A stretch of DNA of 64,000 nucleotides, from positions 51,894,001 to 51,958,000 of the forward strand of contig OZ024745.1 of NCBI GenBank assembly GCA_964016885.1, in the 5' to 3' direction. This stretch comes from Eledone cirrhosa. Taxonomy: Eukaryota. The position numbers were made by a program, and so were the translations under genes. The notes under the pieces are model-generated. The model was not told where the DNA came from and did no database searches. It saw only the letters and a program-made list of their open reading frames with translations. Positions 27,919-42,007 of this stretch are shown in pieces (positions within the stretch are counted from its first letter, which is position 1; each line of letters begins with the position of its first letter).

Positions 27919-29696
27919 GTTTTATTTCCACTTTACACTGTTTATCCTTGAAGATTTTGGTTTGATACTTTTTTGTTTTTATATATACCTTTTTCATATC
28001 TCTGGTATCTCAATCATTTCATGTTTATTTTTATTTTTATTTCAGTTCAATATTTTACCGCTGGCTATTTGTTCTATTGTATTTCACTTTATAATGTTTG
28101 GCATTACCTCCATCCCCTACCTGTTATTTATCACGCTTTCTTTTCTTATCTATCACAACTTACTTATTACCTTCTTTCCACCATCTTCATGAACCTTATC
28201 TACTATGTTCATTGATAGTTTGTCCAACACCTCATCTCACCCTGTTCTTATCATTAGCTCAATCCCACAGTTCTTTCCTCAATCATACTTTTTTCTTGCC
28301 TTTCTCCTTTTATCTCCATTTCCTCTACTATTTCCCTTATACTCTCCCTTGTCGAGTAGAAATGTTGAAATGGGTGTGAAAATTTATTTACCATTCCGTC
28401 CCAAGAATTGTTAAATTCCTCCAGTAAACCACCTAAGACTATTAATGTCCATACCGCATCTATAATTATAAAACGCAATGAAACATATATATATATATGA
28501 TGAAATGTTACGATAATTTCTAGCCAACATTTTAAAGCATGAATTCTCTGAGTATATAAAAATCCCAGTATATAAAAATTGTCAATTCAGACATGATCTT
28601 TGCACGGACACACACCCAATATATCCTGTCTCTACATTTGTGTCAGCAATTCGGTTGAAACTCTGGAAACGAACGTTTGTTTTATCCATGAAATTCATGA
28701 GCTTGCTAAACACGATAAGATCTTATATACACAAACTTTCATATCATCTTGCAGGAAAGTTGCATAAATAATGAGAATTAGCTGTCCCTTTACTTTTACA
28801 TTAGGCATTATGTGTTTCTGAGAAATGTGGGCTTCTGATTGTCATTAGAAAATTACATAGAGTTTGTCTTCTGTGTTTCTTGATATGCGGTATTTAATAA
28901 TATTTTCATGGGGATATTCCTATTTCAGTCAGTTGGATATATTTCAAATGAAAGGTGACATATAATTGCACATGGTGAAATTATATATTAATAAAATGAG
29001 CAAAAATCCCCTTGAAAAAATAAGAACAGAACAACGAATATATTAAAGCCAAGCTAAGAGTGCAAACTATATTGACAAATCAATAAATATTAACTATGAC
29101 TGAAAGTGAGAGAAGTGGAAAGGGAGTCTCGGACATATCAGTGGCGTATTTTAAGAACATGTATAGAAGAAATCACTTAGCGAATTAGTAAAATAGAAAT
29201 GTTTAATTCAGCTTTCTAGGACATAAAGTGACAAATTGAAACTACAACACTTGAATATTTTTTGCTAGAATAGTATTAGTAAACATAAACTTCCGTTTGA
29301 ATTATTCTTATATTTTTGTCGAATCTGCGGATATGCAGGCTGCTTATATAGTTGGAGTTTGTCCTGGTGACGAGTGATTTGGTTAGAGAATTTTCATTCC
29401 AATTCTGCTTTTAATATATGTATTCCGTTGCATTAAAACCACTCTCATATACATCCAGATCCAACTTTTAGGATGAAAAAAAGTAAAACATATAGGAGAA
29501 ACATTAATATCAAAAAGCAATATATATAGAGAGAATGTAAAGTTGACACAAGACAAATGTCCAATCAAGATCTTACTACAAACCCGCATGTCCAATGATT
29601 CAAGTGAAAAAAATGAGGAACTTAAAGACAATAATATCGTTTAAAAATTACGCCCCCAATAAAATTGGCTCAATAATGAATTATGTCTTTGGCCAT

Positions 29697-29865
<169 letters not shown>

Positions 29866-29984
29866 TCTCTCTCTCTCTCGTGTTTTCGCGTATGCTTGTG
29901 TATGTACGTATTTGGATGCGTGTATGTATTTAATTTCAATTACCTCTGTATTTTATTTACTTTATTCTTAACTGTGAAGCCGAG

Positions 29985-30386
29985 AATCATTCGGCTTCCT
30001 AGTTAGAATTTTAGTCTACGACTTCAGTTATACTATTTGCGTGATTTTGTCTTTGCGTGCAATTGTTCTCCCCGGTCCACATATGACGTATTATCTTCGT
30101 TTTTTTTCCGTTCATTGCCAGATAATCTCTCTATGAGTCACCTATACCATAAACGTGGTTTTGTTTTTGCGTGTAATTGTTTTTCACCGCTCCAAATAGT
30201 GACGTATTATATTCGTTTTTTCCCCTTTCTTTGCCAGGGAACGTTTCTACGAACCAAAGTATCGTCTTCCTGTCTTGCTCCGGTTGCAATGTTTTTTGAG
30301 ATATTCACTTCTGTGTTCACAGATTGATTTTGTTAGTTTCAGAAATCCCGTGAAGGGTGAAAGCAGCGATTCTTTGCTTAAACTTT
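29985..30386 (-). repeat. Second copy of the 6117-6545 repeat family
   Basis: Reverse complement includes aaagtttaagcaaagaatcg..acaggaagacgata..acgttccctggcaa. Confidence 0.75.
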
Positions 30387-30426
30387 AATCTGTTATTTTA
30401 ATAAATAAATATATATATATATATAT

Positions 30427-30644
30427 ATAGAAGGATTTAAATGGATACAGTTCAGTAAAACGAATTTATTGACACGTGTTTCAATAACAGTTATATAACC
30501 TGAAAACAGCTGCTATCTACAAAGTATTAATTATGCATAATTAATACTTTGTAGATATCAGGTGTTTTCAGGTTATATAACTGTTATTGAAACACGTGTC
30601 AATAAATTCCTTTTACTGAACTGTATCCATTTAAATCCTTCTAT
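30427..30644. repeat. 218-bp loop-less palindrome with hammerhead 3' halves (GAAA-cacgtg-TC-aataaa)
   Basis: Symmetry centre at 30535/30536 (attatg|cataat); only a few mismatches. Confidence 0.9.
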
Positions 30645-30751
30645 TTTCTCCGGATTACTTTTTAAACTACAACTGGAACCGTCGAGCAAACCCTACGTGA
30701 GCTGTCCATCTACTGTGTGCAATATTCATATTACAACACTACGGAAAATAC

Positions 30752-30787
<36 letters not shown>

Positions 30788-30789
<2 letters not shown>

Positions 30790-31318
30790 AGTGAGTTAAT
30801 TACTATCTATCATTTTCTTATTTTACGTCTTTTATATAATTGCTCGGCATCTCTTTGTATTGAACCTCAAAGTTACTAATACAAAACCTATATATTTGCA
30901 AGCATAAGTATACATCTGTATAAATGTTGGTATATATACTAATTCTTTATAATTATCTCCAAATTATTTTGTTGAGCAAAAATTTGCCTAAATTACTACT
31001 ATGGCTAATAGTATTAAACTTGGCTACTGTCTTTTTAACACCCCACTCCTCACTGAATAACCTCGATGTCACGTGATTGATTTTTTTTAATTTGCCACTG
31101 ACCAGGAAGGCAGTGAAGTTTTCAATGGCTTGGGATTTAGTCCCCGCTAGCTTTTTTCCATCCACTGAATTATTTTTGTATTTGATCCCTGTGTCCGCGA
31201 ATCGCCAGGAATCTTAGACAAGAATGACTCTCTGATGAAGAAAGATCTAATTAGTTGGAGTGAAATTTAAGTGAGTTAATTACTATAATTTTTTTTATTT
31301 TACGTCTTTTTTATATAT
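30788..31318 (+). mobile_element. 480-bp unit with ~50-bp terminal direct repeat and a hammerhead-like motif (31226-31277) at the junction, flanked by (TA)n
   Basis: taagtgagttaattactat...ttattttacgtctttt at 30788 and 31268; gactct-CTGATGA-..-GAAA-tttaag-T-gagtt. Confidence 0.55.
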
Positions 31319-31499
31319 ATATAGTTAGGAAAGCAGAACATTTCTTATTGTAATCCACTTTGTGGTCAGTTTTTTGGAGGGTTTTAGGGGTAACACCACA
31401 AGTTTGCAAGAATCTGGTTAGTAAATCCCGTTCAATCTTGTAGTATAAACAATAAAAGAGAAAACACAGGTAAGCATTAAAAAAAGAATTTTATCCAGG

Positions 31500-31600
31500 T
31501 ATTTACGACCGTTTCATTGGTAAGCGCAACCTTATATCGCTATACTGCAAATAGCAGCCAATCGATAATAACTGTTATTCACCTCCAAACTTTCAAAATA
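31500..31600 (-). ncRNA. Hammerhead-like motif, U3-A8 core, long stem II; inverted copy at 32694-32794 (+)
   Basis: tatt-TTGAAAG-tttgg..[~65 nt]..ccaat-GAAA-cggtcg-TA-aata. Confidence 0.55.
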
Positions 31601-32057
31601 ATGAATAAGTTACTTGTAAAAGGTTCTTAATATATAAAAAAGCATTTTTGAAAAATCGTATTTACTAATATAGAGAGAGAGGAAGCGGGAGAAGAGTTAG
31701 GAAGTAGAGGGACAAACGGTGATGGTGGGAGGGGTAAAGCTGGAAGTATTCCTCGATCAGTTTTGATTCGTAAAGTTGATGTCGTCAATTCACAGTGTAG
31801 GGATTTAAAGAGAATTAAATTGTTTATAGTGGGGGGAGAGGGGGGGAGATAGAGATATCAATATATGTATATAAATAAGGAAGAAGAGAAAAAAGAAGAA
31901 AAGAAAAGCGAAGAAAAAAGAGAGAGAAGAAAAGAAGAAAACGAAAAAAGAAGAAAAGGAATGAAGGAGGAGAGAGGGACATAAGTATTGGTTACTTTGG
32001 GTAATTAAAGGGGTTAGATTCAATAAGAGGGTAGAAAGTCAAAGTATATGGAGTTTG

Positions 32058-32479
32058 TCAGGTGGTAATAGGAGGGTAAGGGTTCGATTTGCACTTGTAG
32101 TGCGAACATTTTTCTTTAAGTCTATGGTTGCAATAAATTGATCTTTCCATTTTATTGTTGAATAACTTATTCTTCGAACTCAAAATGTGGAAGAGTTCAA
32201 GGTCACAAACCGACAGCTTCTCATACCACTCCGATATGCAGGCGCGTTCGATAATTTCTTTCACTTCAGGGTGTACTGATGGTTACTTTCCCTCGGTTGC
32301 CAGGTCTTGTTCGCAAGGGTAGTTACATAACGATGCTGGGAATGTTTCATTGCGTAACGATGTGTATACCAACGATCTTTAAATGTATTCCCAGTCGCTC
32401 CGATGTAATACCACTTCTGGTTGTGTGATTCTACCGTGCATGTGTAAACCAGGTTAGACTGCGTACATTCATAATGCAA
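32058..32479 (-). pseudogene. GIY-YIG endonuclease of a Penelope-like element (frameshifted)
   Basis: NLVYTCTV...YYIGATGNTFKDRWYTH...TTLA..TW...VCDLE.FHIL...NNKME...CNH. Confidence 0.85.
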
Positions 32480-32843
32480 TGGACTTTAACTTCCTACACT
32501 GTAAATTGACGACATCAAGTGTAACAGTCAAAATTGATCGAGGAATCTTTCTATCTTTACCCCTCCATTCATCACCCTTTGTCCCTCTACTTCCTAACTC
32601 TTCTTCCCTTTCCTCCCTATCTATACTAGTGAATACGATTCCCCAAAAATGTTTTTTTATATATTAAGAACCTTTTACAAGTAACGTATTAATTATTTTG
32701 AAAATATGGAGGTGAATAACAGTTATTATCGATTCGCTGCTATTTGCAGTATAGCGATATAAGGTTGCGCTTACCAATAAAACGGTCGTAAATACCTGGA
32801 TAAAATCCTTTTTTAATGCTTACATGTGTTTTCTCTTTTATTG

Positions 32844-32887
<44 letters not shown>

Positions 32888-33514
32888 GTGTGTGTGTGTG
32901 TGGGGGGGGGGGGGTTGCGTGAACCTGTATTTTTATCTGTAATATAGTTATATATATATATGTTTCTGTGCTTAGGCGGGATAGCAATTTTAATCGATAC
33001 CATTTCATAACGGTGAAGATTATATTCTAATTATTCGAATTGGAAAAAAACATCATTACGTATTTGTTTTGATGCTTAATTACACATTGTTTAATATAAT
33101 TAAAAACTTGGTGGTTAATTAATGCACGCGCATTAATACCCAAACTTCAGAAACCAATGAAAGCAATCGTCCATAATTGCTTTAAAATAATGAGAGTTTA
33201 CAATCTCATAACCAAATTTAATTATGAGCAATTTGAACGAATCTAATGTTGATATTTTGGCTATGTTGCGGCAGAGCTTAGTATGATTTATAAGAGACAG
33301 TTTTATTAAATTTCATCAGTTACAAATATTATTTCTTTAGTGAAATGAAGGGATACATTTATCCTTTTGAGGGGTTGGTTAGATATGTAATACATGTATA
33401 ATATGTTGGACGCCAATTCACTGTTAAAATTATGTTTATCTCCATGCAGCTAAATTTTACAATAATCTCATCGTCACAAACACACACTCCCCCTTCCACT
33501 CTTTCTCTTTCTCT

Positions 33515-33549
<35 letters not shown>

Positions 33550-33612
33550 CACACACACATATATATATATAATAAAATAACAGGAGGCTGGACTGGTGTA
33601 AATCCTTGAAAG

Positions 33613-33674
33613 GTTTATTATGATCATTTCAATGACCGGGTTCGGTATGAATCCGGTGATATCATCAGGTAATC
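33613..33674 (-). ncRNA. Hammerhead-like motif
   Basis: gattac-CTGATGA-tatcaccggattc(atacc)gaacccggtcatt-GAAA-tgatca-TA-ataaac. Confidence 0.6.
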
Positions 33675-33867
33675 GAAATATAACAAAGGAATATAACAGA
33701 TACAATCCATGGGGCTGAACATCATAGACAAGAGGACGACCGACCATCTAGCATTTTCTATCTCAGTCGGTCGCCTTCAAGTGTTGGCTATTCAGTCTAC
33801 TTATGACCATCTGGTGAGGGGGCGAAAGCTTATAATGTACTACTACCTCCCCTTCGAAGAGAAAAAA

Positions 33868-33908
<41 letters not shown>

Positions 33909-34443
33909 AGAAAAGTCAGCATTAAAGTCATGCTACAATCACGCTAGAAATTGCCGGGAAAAATGTTTTTCCAAAGAACCTATATCTTAACAGAGGCATA
34001 TATAGTGGGCGTCTGTATGGTATAATGTGTGAACAGAAATTTGGAACGTCAAACTTATGTTTAGAGTGAAATTTAAAACATTTAAAACGTTTATGCTTTG
34101 GGTTGCGGGATTTAGTTAAAGAATTTACAGAGAGAGACTTTTATGAAAAAGTTTAAGTGTATTATAGAGATTCTCGATAAGTTTTCAGGGTGGGATATAA
34201 AGTAAAGATTAAGCCCTTGTTTAGCAATCAATAACACGCGATGACTGCAGATCCCGGCTAGCCCTTCCTAACCACGTATCATCCTTTAATAATTAACTCC
34301 GTACTCGCACCATCAACTACACAAACGAAGACGGGTGAGCTGCATTACGTTGAGTACTCTCCATAATATTACATCGAGATTGACGATACGGAATGACCAA
34401 TTCTATCCAGTGGTGAACCAACAAACCTAAATAAATATATATG

Positions 34444-34481
<38 letters not shown>

Positions 34482-34808
34482 AATATATATATAAATATAT
34501 ATATATATCATCATCACCGTCATCACCGTTTTACGTCCGTTCTTCCACGCTAGCATGGGTTAGACGGGTTGTCCTGTTGTGGGCAGTGTCTGGTCGGCTG
34601 ACCATGCCTTGCTCATACAGGAACTGATCTGGCTTGATTTCTACAGCTGGATGCCCTTCCTAACACCAACCTCATTTACAGTGAGTGCTGGGTGCTTTTT
34701 CGTGGCGCCTACACGTCCACTTTACAGTGTGGGCTGGGTGCTTTTTTGCCGTGGCACCTCCACGGCCACCTTGCGGTGGAGGGGGGGGGGGCATATTGTT
34801 TATATGCT

Positions 34809-35147
34809 TCAGCATGTACCCATGGGAGGTCGGGTACCCTGTATTACTGCGTGACGCCAGAAGTCACGGTCGTGTGTCATTGACTTTGAGAGGTGTAGTT
34901 GGGTAAGGTCGGCTTTTATCACCTCATCCCAAGTCATCTTGGGTCTCCCCACTCCGCGGTTTCCATCAACTTCTAGTGCTCTGCACCTTTTTATGCAGCT
35001 GTCATCCTTCATACGCATCACATGTCCATACCAGCGTAACCGCCTCTCCTGCACGCAGCATTTGATTCCTCTTATGCTCAGTCTCTCTCTCAATTCCTTT
35101 ATGCTTTGTCGTTCACGTATATTACTGTTACACATCCATCGGAGCAT
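34809..35147 (-). CDS. C-terminal continuation of the RTE ORF beyond the frameshift
   Basis: MLRWM...RRLRWYGHVMR...GNRGVGRPKMTW...DRDFWR, a typical RTE C-terminus. Confidence 0.9.
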   Translation of the reverse strand: MLRWMCNSNIRERQSIKELRERLSIRGIKCCVQERRLRWYGHVMRMKDDSCIKRCRALEVDGNRGVGRPKMTWDEVIKADLTQLHLSKSMTHDRDFWRHAVIQGTRPPMGTC

Positions 35148-37927
35148 GTAGGCTCGTTTCTCTCTAATCTACGTAAGTCTTCCACCTTCAGCGCCCAGGT
35201 CTCACTACCATGCAACATCGCTGTTCGGATACACTCATCATACAGTCTGCCTTTCATTCTGAGGGAGAAGCCTTTTGCAGCTAGCAGTGGTAGTAGTTCC
35301 CTAAACTTCTTCCATCCCGTTCTTACCCTAGTTATTGTACTTTCTGAGCACCCACCTCCGTTGCTAATTCGGTCACCTAGGTAGCAGAAGCTGTCTACTG
35401 TTTCTACAGGGCCCTCCCAGAGATTGGTGGTACTTGTTTCCTGTGGCTGTTTGCTTGCTGTTTCAGCACAGCTGCTGCATGTGAATCCTACATTCTTAAT
35501 TAAGCTTCCTGAGATCCCGCTACATCTCTTGTGTACCCATTGTTTGCATTTGGGGCAGAGAATGGAGTTTCTACCTACACCTTTCCTACATACTGAGCAA
35601 GGCCATTTCCCTGAGGGGATCTGGGTTCTGTTTTCTCGTCTACTTACAAGGACCTTAGTCTTTGTCATGTTGACTTTGAGGCCCTTTCTCTCTAGTCCCT
35701 GCTTCCAGGTTTGGAATTTATTCTCTAGTTCTACCATAGATTCAGCTATGAGTGCGAGGTCATCAGCATACAGGAGTTCCCATGGGCATCCGGTCTTAAA
35801 CTCCTCCGTTATTGCCTGCAGGACTATGATGAACAGGAGAGGGCTAAGAACAGAGCCCTGGTGGACCCCAACCTGTACGCTAAATTCCTCGCTATACTCA
35901 TTGCCAATCCTAACTTTGCTGACTGCTCCCCTATACATGGCTTGTACCGCTTTCACAAGCCATTCATCTACTCCTAGTTTTCTAAGAGCCCACCAGATTA
36001 CTGCACGTGGAACTCTGTCAAAGGCTTTCTCAAGGTCGACAAATGCCAAGTAGAGTGGCTTACTTTTAGCTAGGTACTTTTCCTGTAATTGCCTCACAAG
36101 GAAGAGGGCATCAGTGGTGCCTTTCCCTGGTACAAACCCAAATTGCATCTCGTCTATATTCACCCGGTCCCTAATCAGCTGTGCTATAACTCTTTCTGTT
36201 ACTTTCATGACCTGGTCCATCAACTTTATACCTCTATAGTTTCCTCTATCTAGTGCATCGCCTTTACCTTTGTAGCAGTTGACAATGATGCTACTGCACC
36301 AATCTTTTGGTATGGCCCCCTCTAGTATTACCTGGTTAACGATACGTGTGGTTATAGTGTGACCTACAGACCCAGATGCCTTCAGCATCTCGGCAGCTAT
36401 ACCCGATGGACCGGTTGCCTTCCCTATCTTCATATCTCTGATTGCCTTACTTACTACGCTGCCGCTGACTTGTACTGCTGGTCCCTCTATAGGGTCTACG
36501 TGGGGTAGGGTTTCTTCTTCCCATGCATTCTCCTCATTTAGTAATCTATCATAATGACTCTTCCATGCATCTTTCTTCTCAGCACTTGTGAGGGCAAGCT
36601 CACCTTTATCATTCCGGATACACTTCTCTCCAATGACATCACAACTATCTCTGACACACTGCCTCGCAATCTTGAATACCTCCTGTTTCTGGTCCTCACG
36701 TTGTAAAACATGCTTGAATTTTCTATCCTCTGCTTCCCTCCTAGCTAAGTATACTTGTCGCCTAGCTTCCCTCTTGGTCTCTATGTAATGTACCCTGCTC
36801 CCCCCGTTCTTCCATTCTTTCCATGCCTGTCTCTTGGCCTTGACTGCTTCATCTACCTTATTGTTCCACCACCAAGTCACTCTCCTCCTGCTTGAGGTCT
36901 TACTCCAGCCACAAACCTCATCCGTCGCCTCTAGTAAGTTATTTTTTAGGAACTCCCAGTTCTCTTCTACGTTAAATGTCTCTATCTGTTCTTCTTTACT
37001 GTCGTAGGCGTTGAGTAAAATATCTTTAAATCTGTTACTGGTTGAGGGGACTTTCAGCTTCCAGATCTTTCTTCTCCAGGTTGGCCTCTGTTTCAGGTCT
37101 CGTCTAGTTCTGACCGTGAGATCGCTGACAACTAAGCTATGTTGGGATGTACATTCCTCACTAGGGAAGGCTTTTGTGTTTACGACCGTCCATCTGTCAC
37201 GTCCTCTGATGAGGATAAAATCTAACTGACTAGAGTGCTCCCCTGATCTATAGGTGATCAGGTGGTTGTCGGGTTTTTTAAAGTTTGTGTTACATATCGA
37301 CATGTCATTGGCGTCGCAGAATTCTAGAAGTCTGAATCCTTCCTCATTCCTTGTGCCAACTCCATGGCCTCCATGTACTCTATTGAAGCCGTCGCAGTGT
37401 TTACCTACGTGTCCGTTAAAATCTCCTGCAATGATTAGGAAGTCCTTGTCGTCTGTTAGAGCAGTAGTGTGTATTAGGGACTCGTAAAACCTATCCTTAA
37501 GTTCGTCTGGCAGCCCCGATTGGGGTGCGTAAGCTGATATTATTGTGGTAATTGTCTTATTCAGGACTAGTCTAAGTTTAATGATTCTTGCATTTACCCT
37601 GTACACTGAGATTACTTTATCTACCCACTTGTCAGCTAATAGTATACCTACACCACCCATCCCATCGTCATTTCCCACCCAGAAAAATTTGTAGCACTGG
37701 CTTTTTCCTACAAGGACTCTAGCAGACCCTCCTCTCCATCTAGTCTCTTGCACACAGCATACATCAACTTCCTTTCGCTCTAGCATTTCTACGATTTCTC
37801 CTGCTCTTCCTTTCATTGAGCCTACATTGATGGTACCAACTCGGAGTTTTGGGCATTTGTCGACACTCGTAGGGGAGGGTCTCTGGGTTGGCGCTTCACG
37901 TGGGTGCTTGGTAGCTCGCAGATTCAT
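35099..37927 (-). CDS. RTE LINE polyprotein: APE endonuclease + reverse transcriptase + PHD-type zinc finger; frameshift near 35151
   Basis: GTINVG, VQETRW, AYAPQ, GDFNGH, LDFIL, SQHSLV (APE); NYRGI, QFGF, FVDLEKAFD, GVHQGSVLSP, YADD, FCYLG (RT). Confidence 0.95.
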   Translation of the reverse strand: MNLRATKHPREAPTQRPSPTSVDKCPKLRVGTINVGSMKGRAGEIVEMLERKEVDVCCVQETRWRGGSARVLVGKSQCYKFFWVGNDDGMGGVGILLADKWVDKVISVYRVNARIIKLRLVLNKTITTIISAYAPQSGLPDELKDRFYESLIHTTALTDDKDFLIIAGDFNGHVGKHCDGFNRVHGGHGVGTRNEEGFRLLEFCDANDMSICNTNFKKPDNHLITYRSGEHSSQLDFILIRGRDRWTVVNTKAFPSEECTSQHSLVVSDLTVRTRRDLKQRPTWRRKIWKLKVPSTSNRFKDILLNAYDSKEEQIETFNVEENWEFLKNNLLEATDEVCGWSKTSSRRRVTWWWNNKVDEAVKAKRQAWKEWKNGGSRVHYIETKREARRQVYLARREAEDRKFKHVLQREDQKQEVFKIARQCVRDSCDVIGEKCIRNDKGELALTSAEKKDAWKSHYDRLLNEENAWEEETLPHVDPIEGPAVQVSGSVVSKAIRDMKIGKATGPSGIAAEMLKASGSVGHTITTRIVNQVILEGAIPKDWCSSIIVNCYKGKGDALDRGNYRGIKLMDQVMKVTERVIAQLIRDRVNIDEMQFGFVPGKGTTDALFLVRQLQEKYLAKSKPLYLAFVDLEKAFDRVPRAVIWWALRKLGVDEWLVKAVQAMYRGAVSKVRIGNEYSEEFSVQVGVHQGSVLSPLLFIIVLQAITEEFKTGCPWELLYADDLALIAESMVELENKFQTWKQGLERKGLKVNMTKTKVLVSRRENRTQIPSGKWPCSVCRKGVGRNSILCPKCKQWVHKRCSGISGSLIKNVGFTCSSCAETASKQPQETSTTNLWEGPVETVDSFCYLGDRISNGGGCSESTITRVRTGWKKFRELLPLLAAKGFSLRMKGRLYDECIRTAMLHGSETWALKVEDLRRLERNEPTCSDGCVTVIYVNDKA

Positions 37928-38168
37928 ATTTCATCTATTGATTCAGAGTTGCTCGTGTATTCCCAGCTCATCCATCCATAACGGTGGGAAAATTGAGGGC
38001 TAGAAGAACAGTGGTGGTGGGGTAATGGCAGGGTGTGTTGGGATGCGCCAGAGGAGGAGAGAGTTAGTTAGGCAGGTAGTAGCAGCAGCAGTGGAAATGG
38101 CATGCTAGGTTTGATTGGTCGAATAGACTATGGTGGTGTGTGGGGGTGGGGGGGAGGGAAATTGTGAG

Positions 38169-39892
<1,724 letters not shown>

Positions 39893-40038
39893 ATATATAG
39901 TAATAATAATAAATTTGAAGACTAAAATCCAAAGAGGGCTCGATAAGGATAAATATATATCAAATATACAACAACCGTAGAGCAAATATTTATTATAATA
40001 ACAGAGTAAAGTTTAATCAAAGAATATATATTTTAATA

Positions 40039-40072
<34 letters not shown>

Positions 40073-40093
40073 GTATAATAAACAATACAATAT

Positions 40094-40171
40094 AATTACC
40101 TCATTACCAGAGGTTTCCCGAATAAGACGAATACGAAAAACGTCGTCATTCGTTCGTCGGACAAGGCAATT
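40094..40171 (-). ncRNA. Hammerhead-like ribozyme, U4C core variant
   Basis: Reverse-complement copy of 43222-43299. Confidence 0.7.
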
Positions 40172-41589
40172 TAAAACATAGTGAAATATTTGAAAAGTCT
40201 CCTCAAGAAATGCAAAAAATATATAAATAAAAGTAATGCAAGAGATATATAAAAAAAAAGGAAATATAGTTAGGGTATGTGTATATGTATATATATACAC
40301 TCACAAATGTACATATGTGTGTATGTACAAATGCATGTGTATGGTGAAAATGTGTGCGTAAGTACCTATATGAGGGCAAGTATATTTGTGCATATGTGAC
40401 CACAAATACGTATATAATATAACTTGAAAAAGAAATTGTATGGTAATATAGTTGACACGCATCCAGATACAGGTATTAAATACACATACGAGTATGAAAG
40501 CACGCGTATAAATACACACACACGCGCGGTCACTTATATGCGGAAGATAAAGAGGGAAGAGAGTGTAATAGTAAAAAGAAGTGTCATTCTCGATATATGT
40601 ATAAAAATCAAACAATATATGAGAATGAAAAACATTTTTTAATTCAAAGACAAAGTAATCAATTAACACTAGAGAAAAGAAAACAAACATAGGTACGCAC
40701 GTACATGCACACATATATATATATATATAAATATTTATACACACAAATACGTACAGACAAAAGCGCATGCATGCGTACATACACACACACGAGGCACGTA
40801 TATATGTATCGCCACATGTATATCTAATCACACGTACGTACGCGACTATATATATATATACATATATACATACACACCCATACAGACATATACATATACA
40901 CACATATACATACACATACACATACATTCACCCGCATACACACACCATATAAATAAGTATGTAAAAAACATAGATATAAAAACACACTTACACACACATA
41001 TATATACGTACGCACGCACACATACGGAGTCGTTCGTATACATATGCAGAACGTATGCGCACATAAGCACACTCACACACATAGATACAGATTATAAACC
41101 AGCCATATGAATAAATGAGTACAAATATAAAATCGGCTGCGAATCAACAGAATATATCTGGAGTGGAAAACGCAAATGACAAGTAAAAGAAAATGGGAAA
41201 TAAAATGTGGAATGTGAAGATATTAGGTAAGTGAATCGAAAAGTAGGGGGGGGGGGTACTGGTAGATGTTAAGTAAAAATTAAAAAAATTAAATTAAAAA
41301 TAAAGTTAAAAATGAAAGTATATCAGAAAGAGAAATCTGTAAAGAGGATAATTTAAGAAAAATGAAGAATAAGAGTTTATGGAGGATAAGTATCTGAAAG
41401 TGAGTTAAGTTTATATGAGCTGGAAAGCAAGTGTGATTTCATGTGTGGGCAACAGGTGATAATTTCTGTTTTTGTATTTAGGCAGGTGTTTGGTGATTTA
41501 ATGGTCTTTAAAATCCAATATTTTTCACTTATGCAGAGTGTGCATCCTCTTGTTCTTCTTGCATATTATTCTATATTCTTGCATATTCT

Positions 41590-42007
41590 TGTATATGCGG
41601 CTAAAGTGACAACCATCCGCAACAACCAACCAGCCACCAGCGAACGCTATGTGGGTGTGCCACAAGACAAATTCAAAACGCGTTATTACTCACTTGTCGC
41701 ATCTTTCCGACATCCAGAAAAAAGATTCACAACAGCTCTGGATAGAAGAATATGGGATTTGAAAGACCAAGGTATCCAATATAAATTGGATTGGTAAATT
41801 TTGGACCAATCTAAAGAATATGCAAGAGGAACAAGAGGATGCACACTCTGCATAAGTGAAACATTTTGGATTTTACGGAACCTTAAATCGCCAAAAACCT
41901 GCCTAAATACAAAAACAGAAATTCTCACCAGTTGCCAACACATGAAATCAAACTTGCTTTCCAGCTCATATAAACTTAACTTACTTTCAGATACGTATCC
42001 TCCATAA
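41590..42007 (+). pseudogene. GIY-YIG endonuclease C-terminal region of a Penelope-like element (one TAA)
   Basis: VYAAKV...RYVG...FKTRYYS..ASFRH..K...TAL...IWDLK....YKLDW*IL....Y..GTRGCTLCISE..WIL......LNTKTEI...CQH. Confidence 0.88.

Larger units (their letters stand above)
31323..32845 (-). mobile_element. 5'-truncated Penelope-like element with inverted pLTR (arms 31448-31801 / 32493-32845)
   Basis: GIY-YIG remnant between inverted arms, a hammerhead-like motif in each arm, (TA)n flanks. Confidence 0.85.

Noticed and set aside
32261-32263. In-frame TGA in the GIY-YIG remnant as possible selenocysteine
   Set aside because: Falls at a conserved Trp position and is adjacent to frameshifts; ordinary decay
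33808-33838. cat-CTGGTGA-gggggc-GAAA-gctta-TA-atg mini-hammerhead
   Set aside because: A6 is mutated and the stems are only 1-3 bp; could be chance
35106-37487. Plus-strand ORFs overlapping the RTE ORF
   Set aside because: Antisense shadows of a long coding frame
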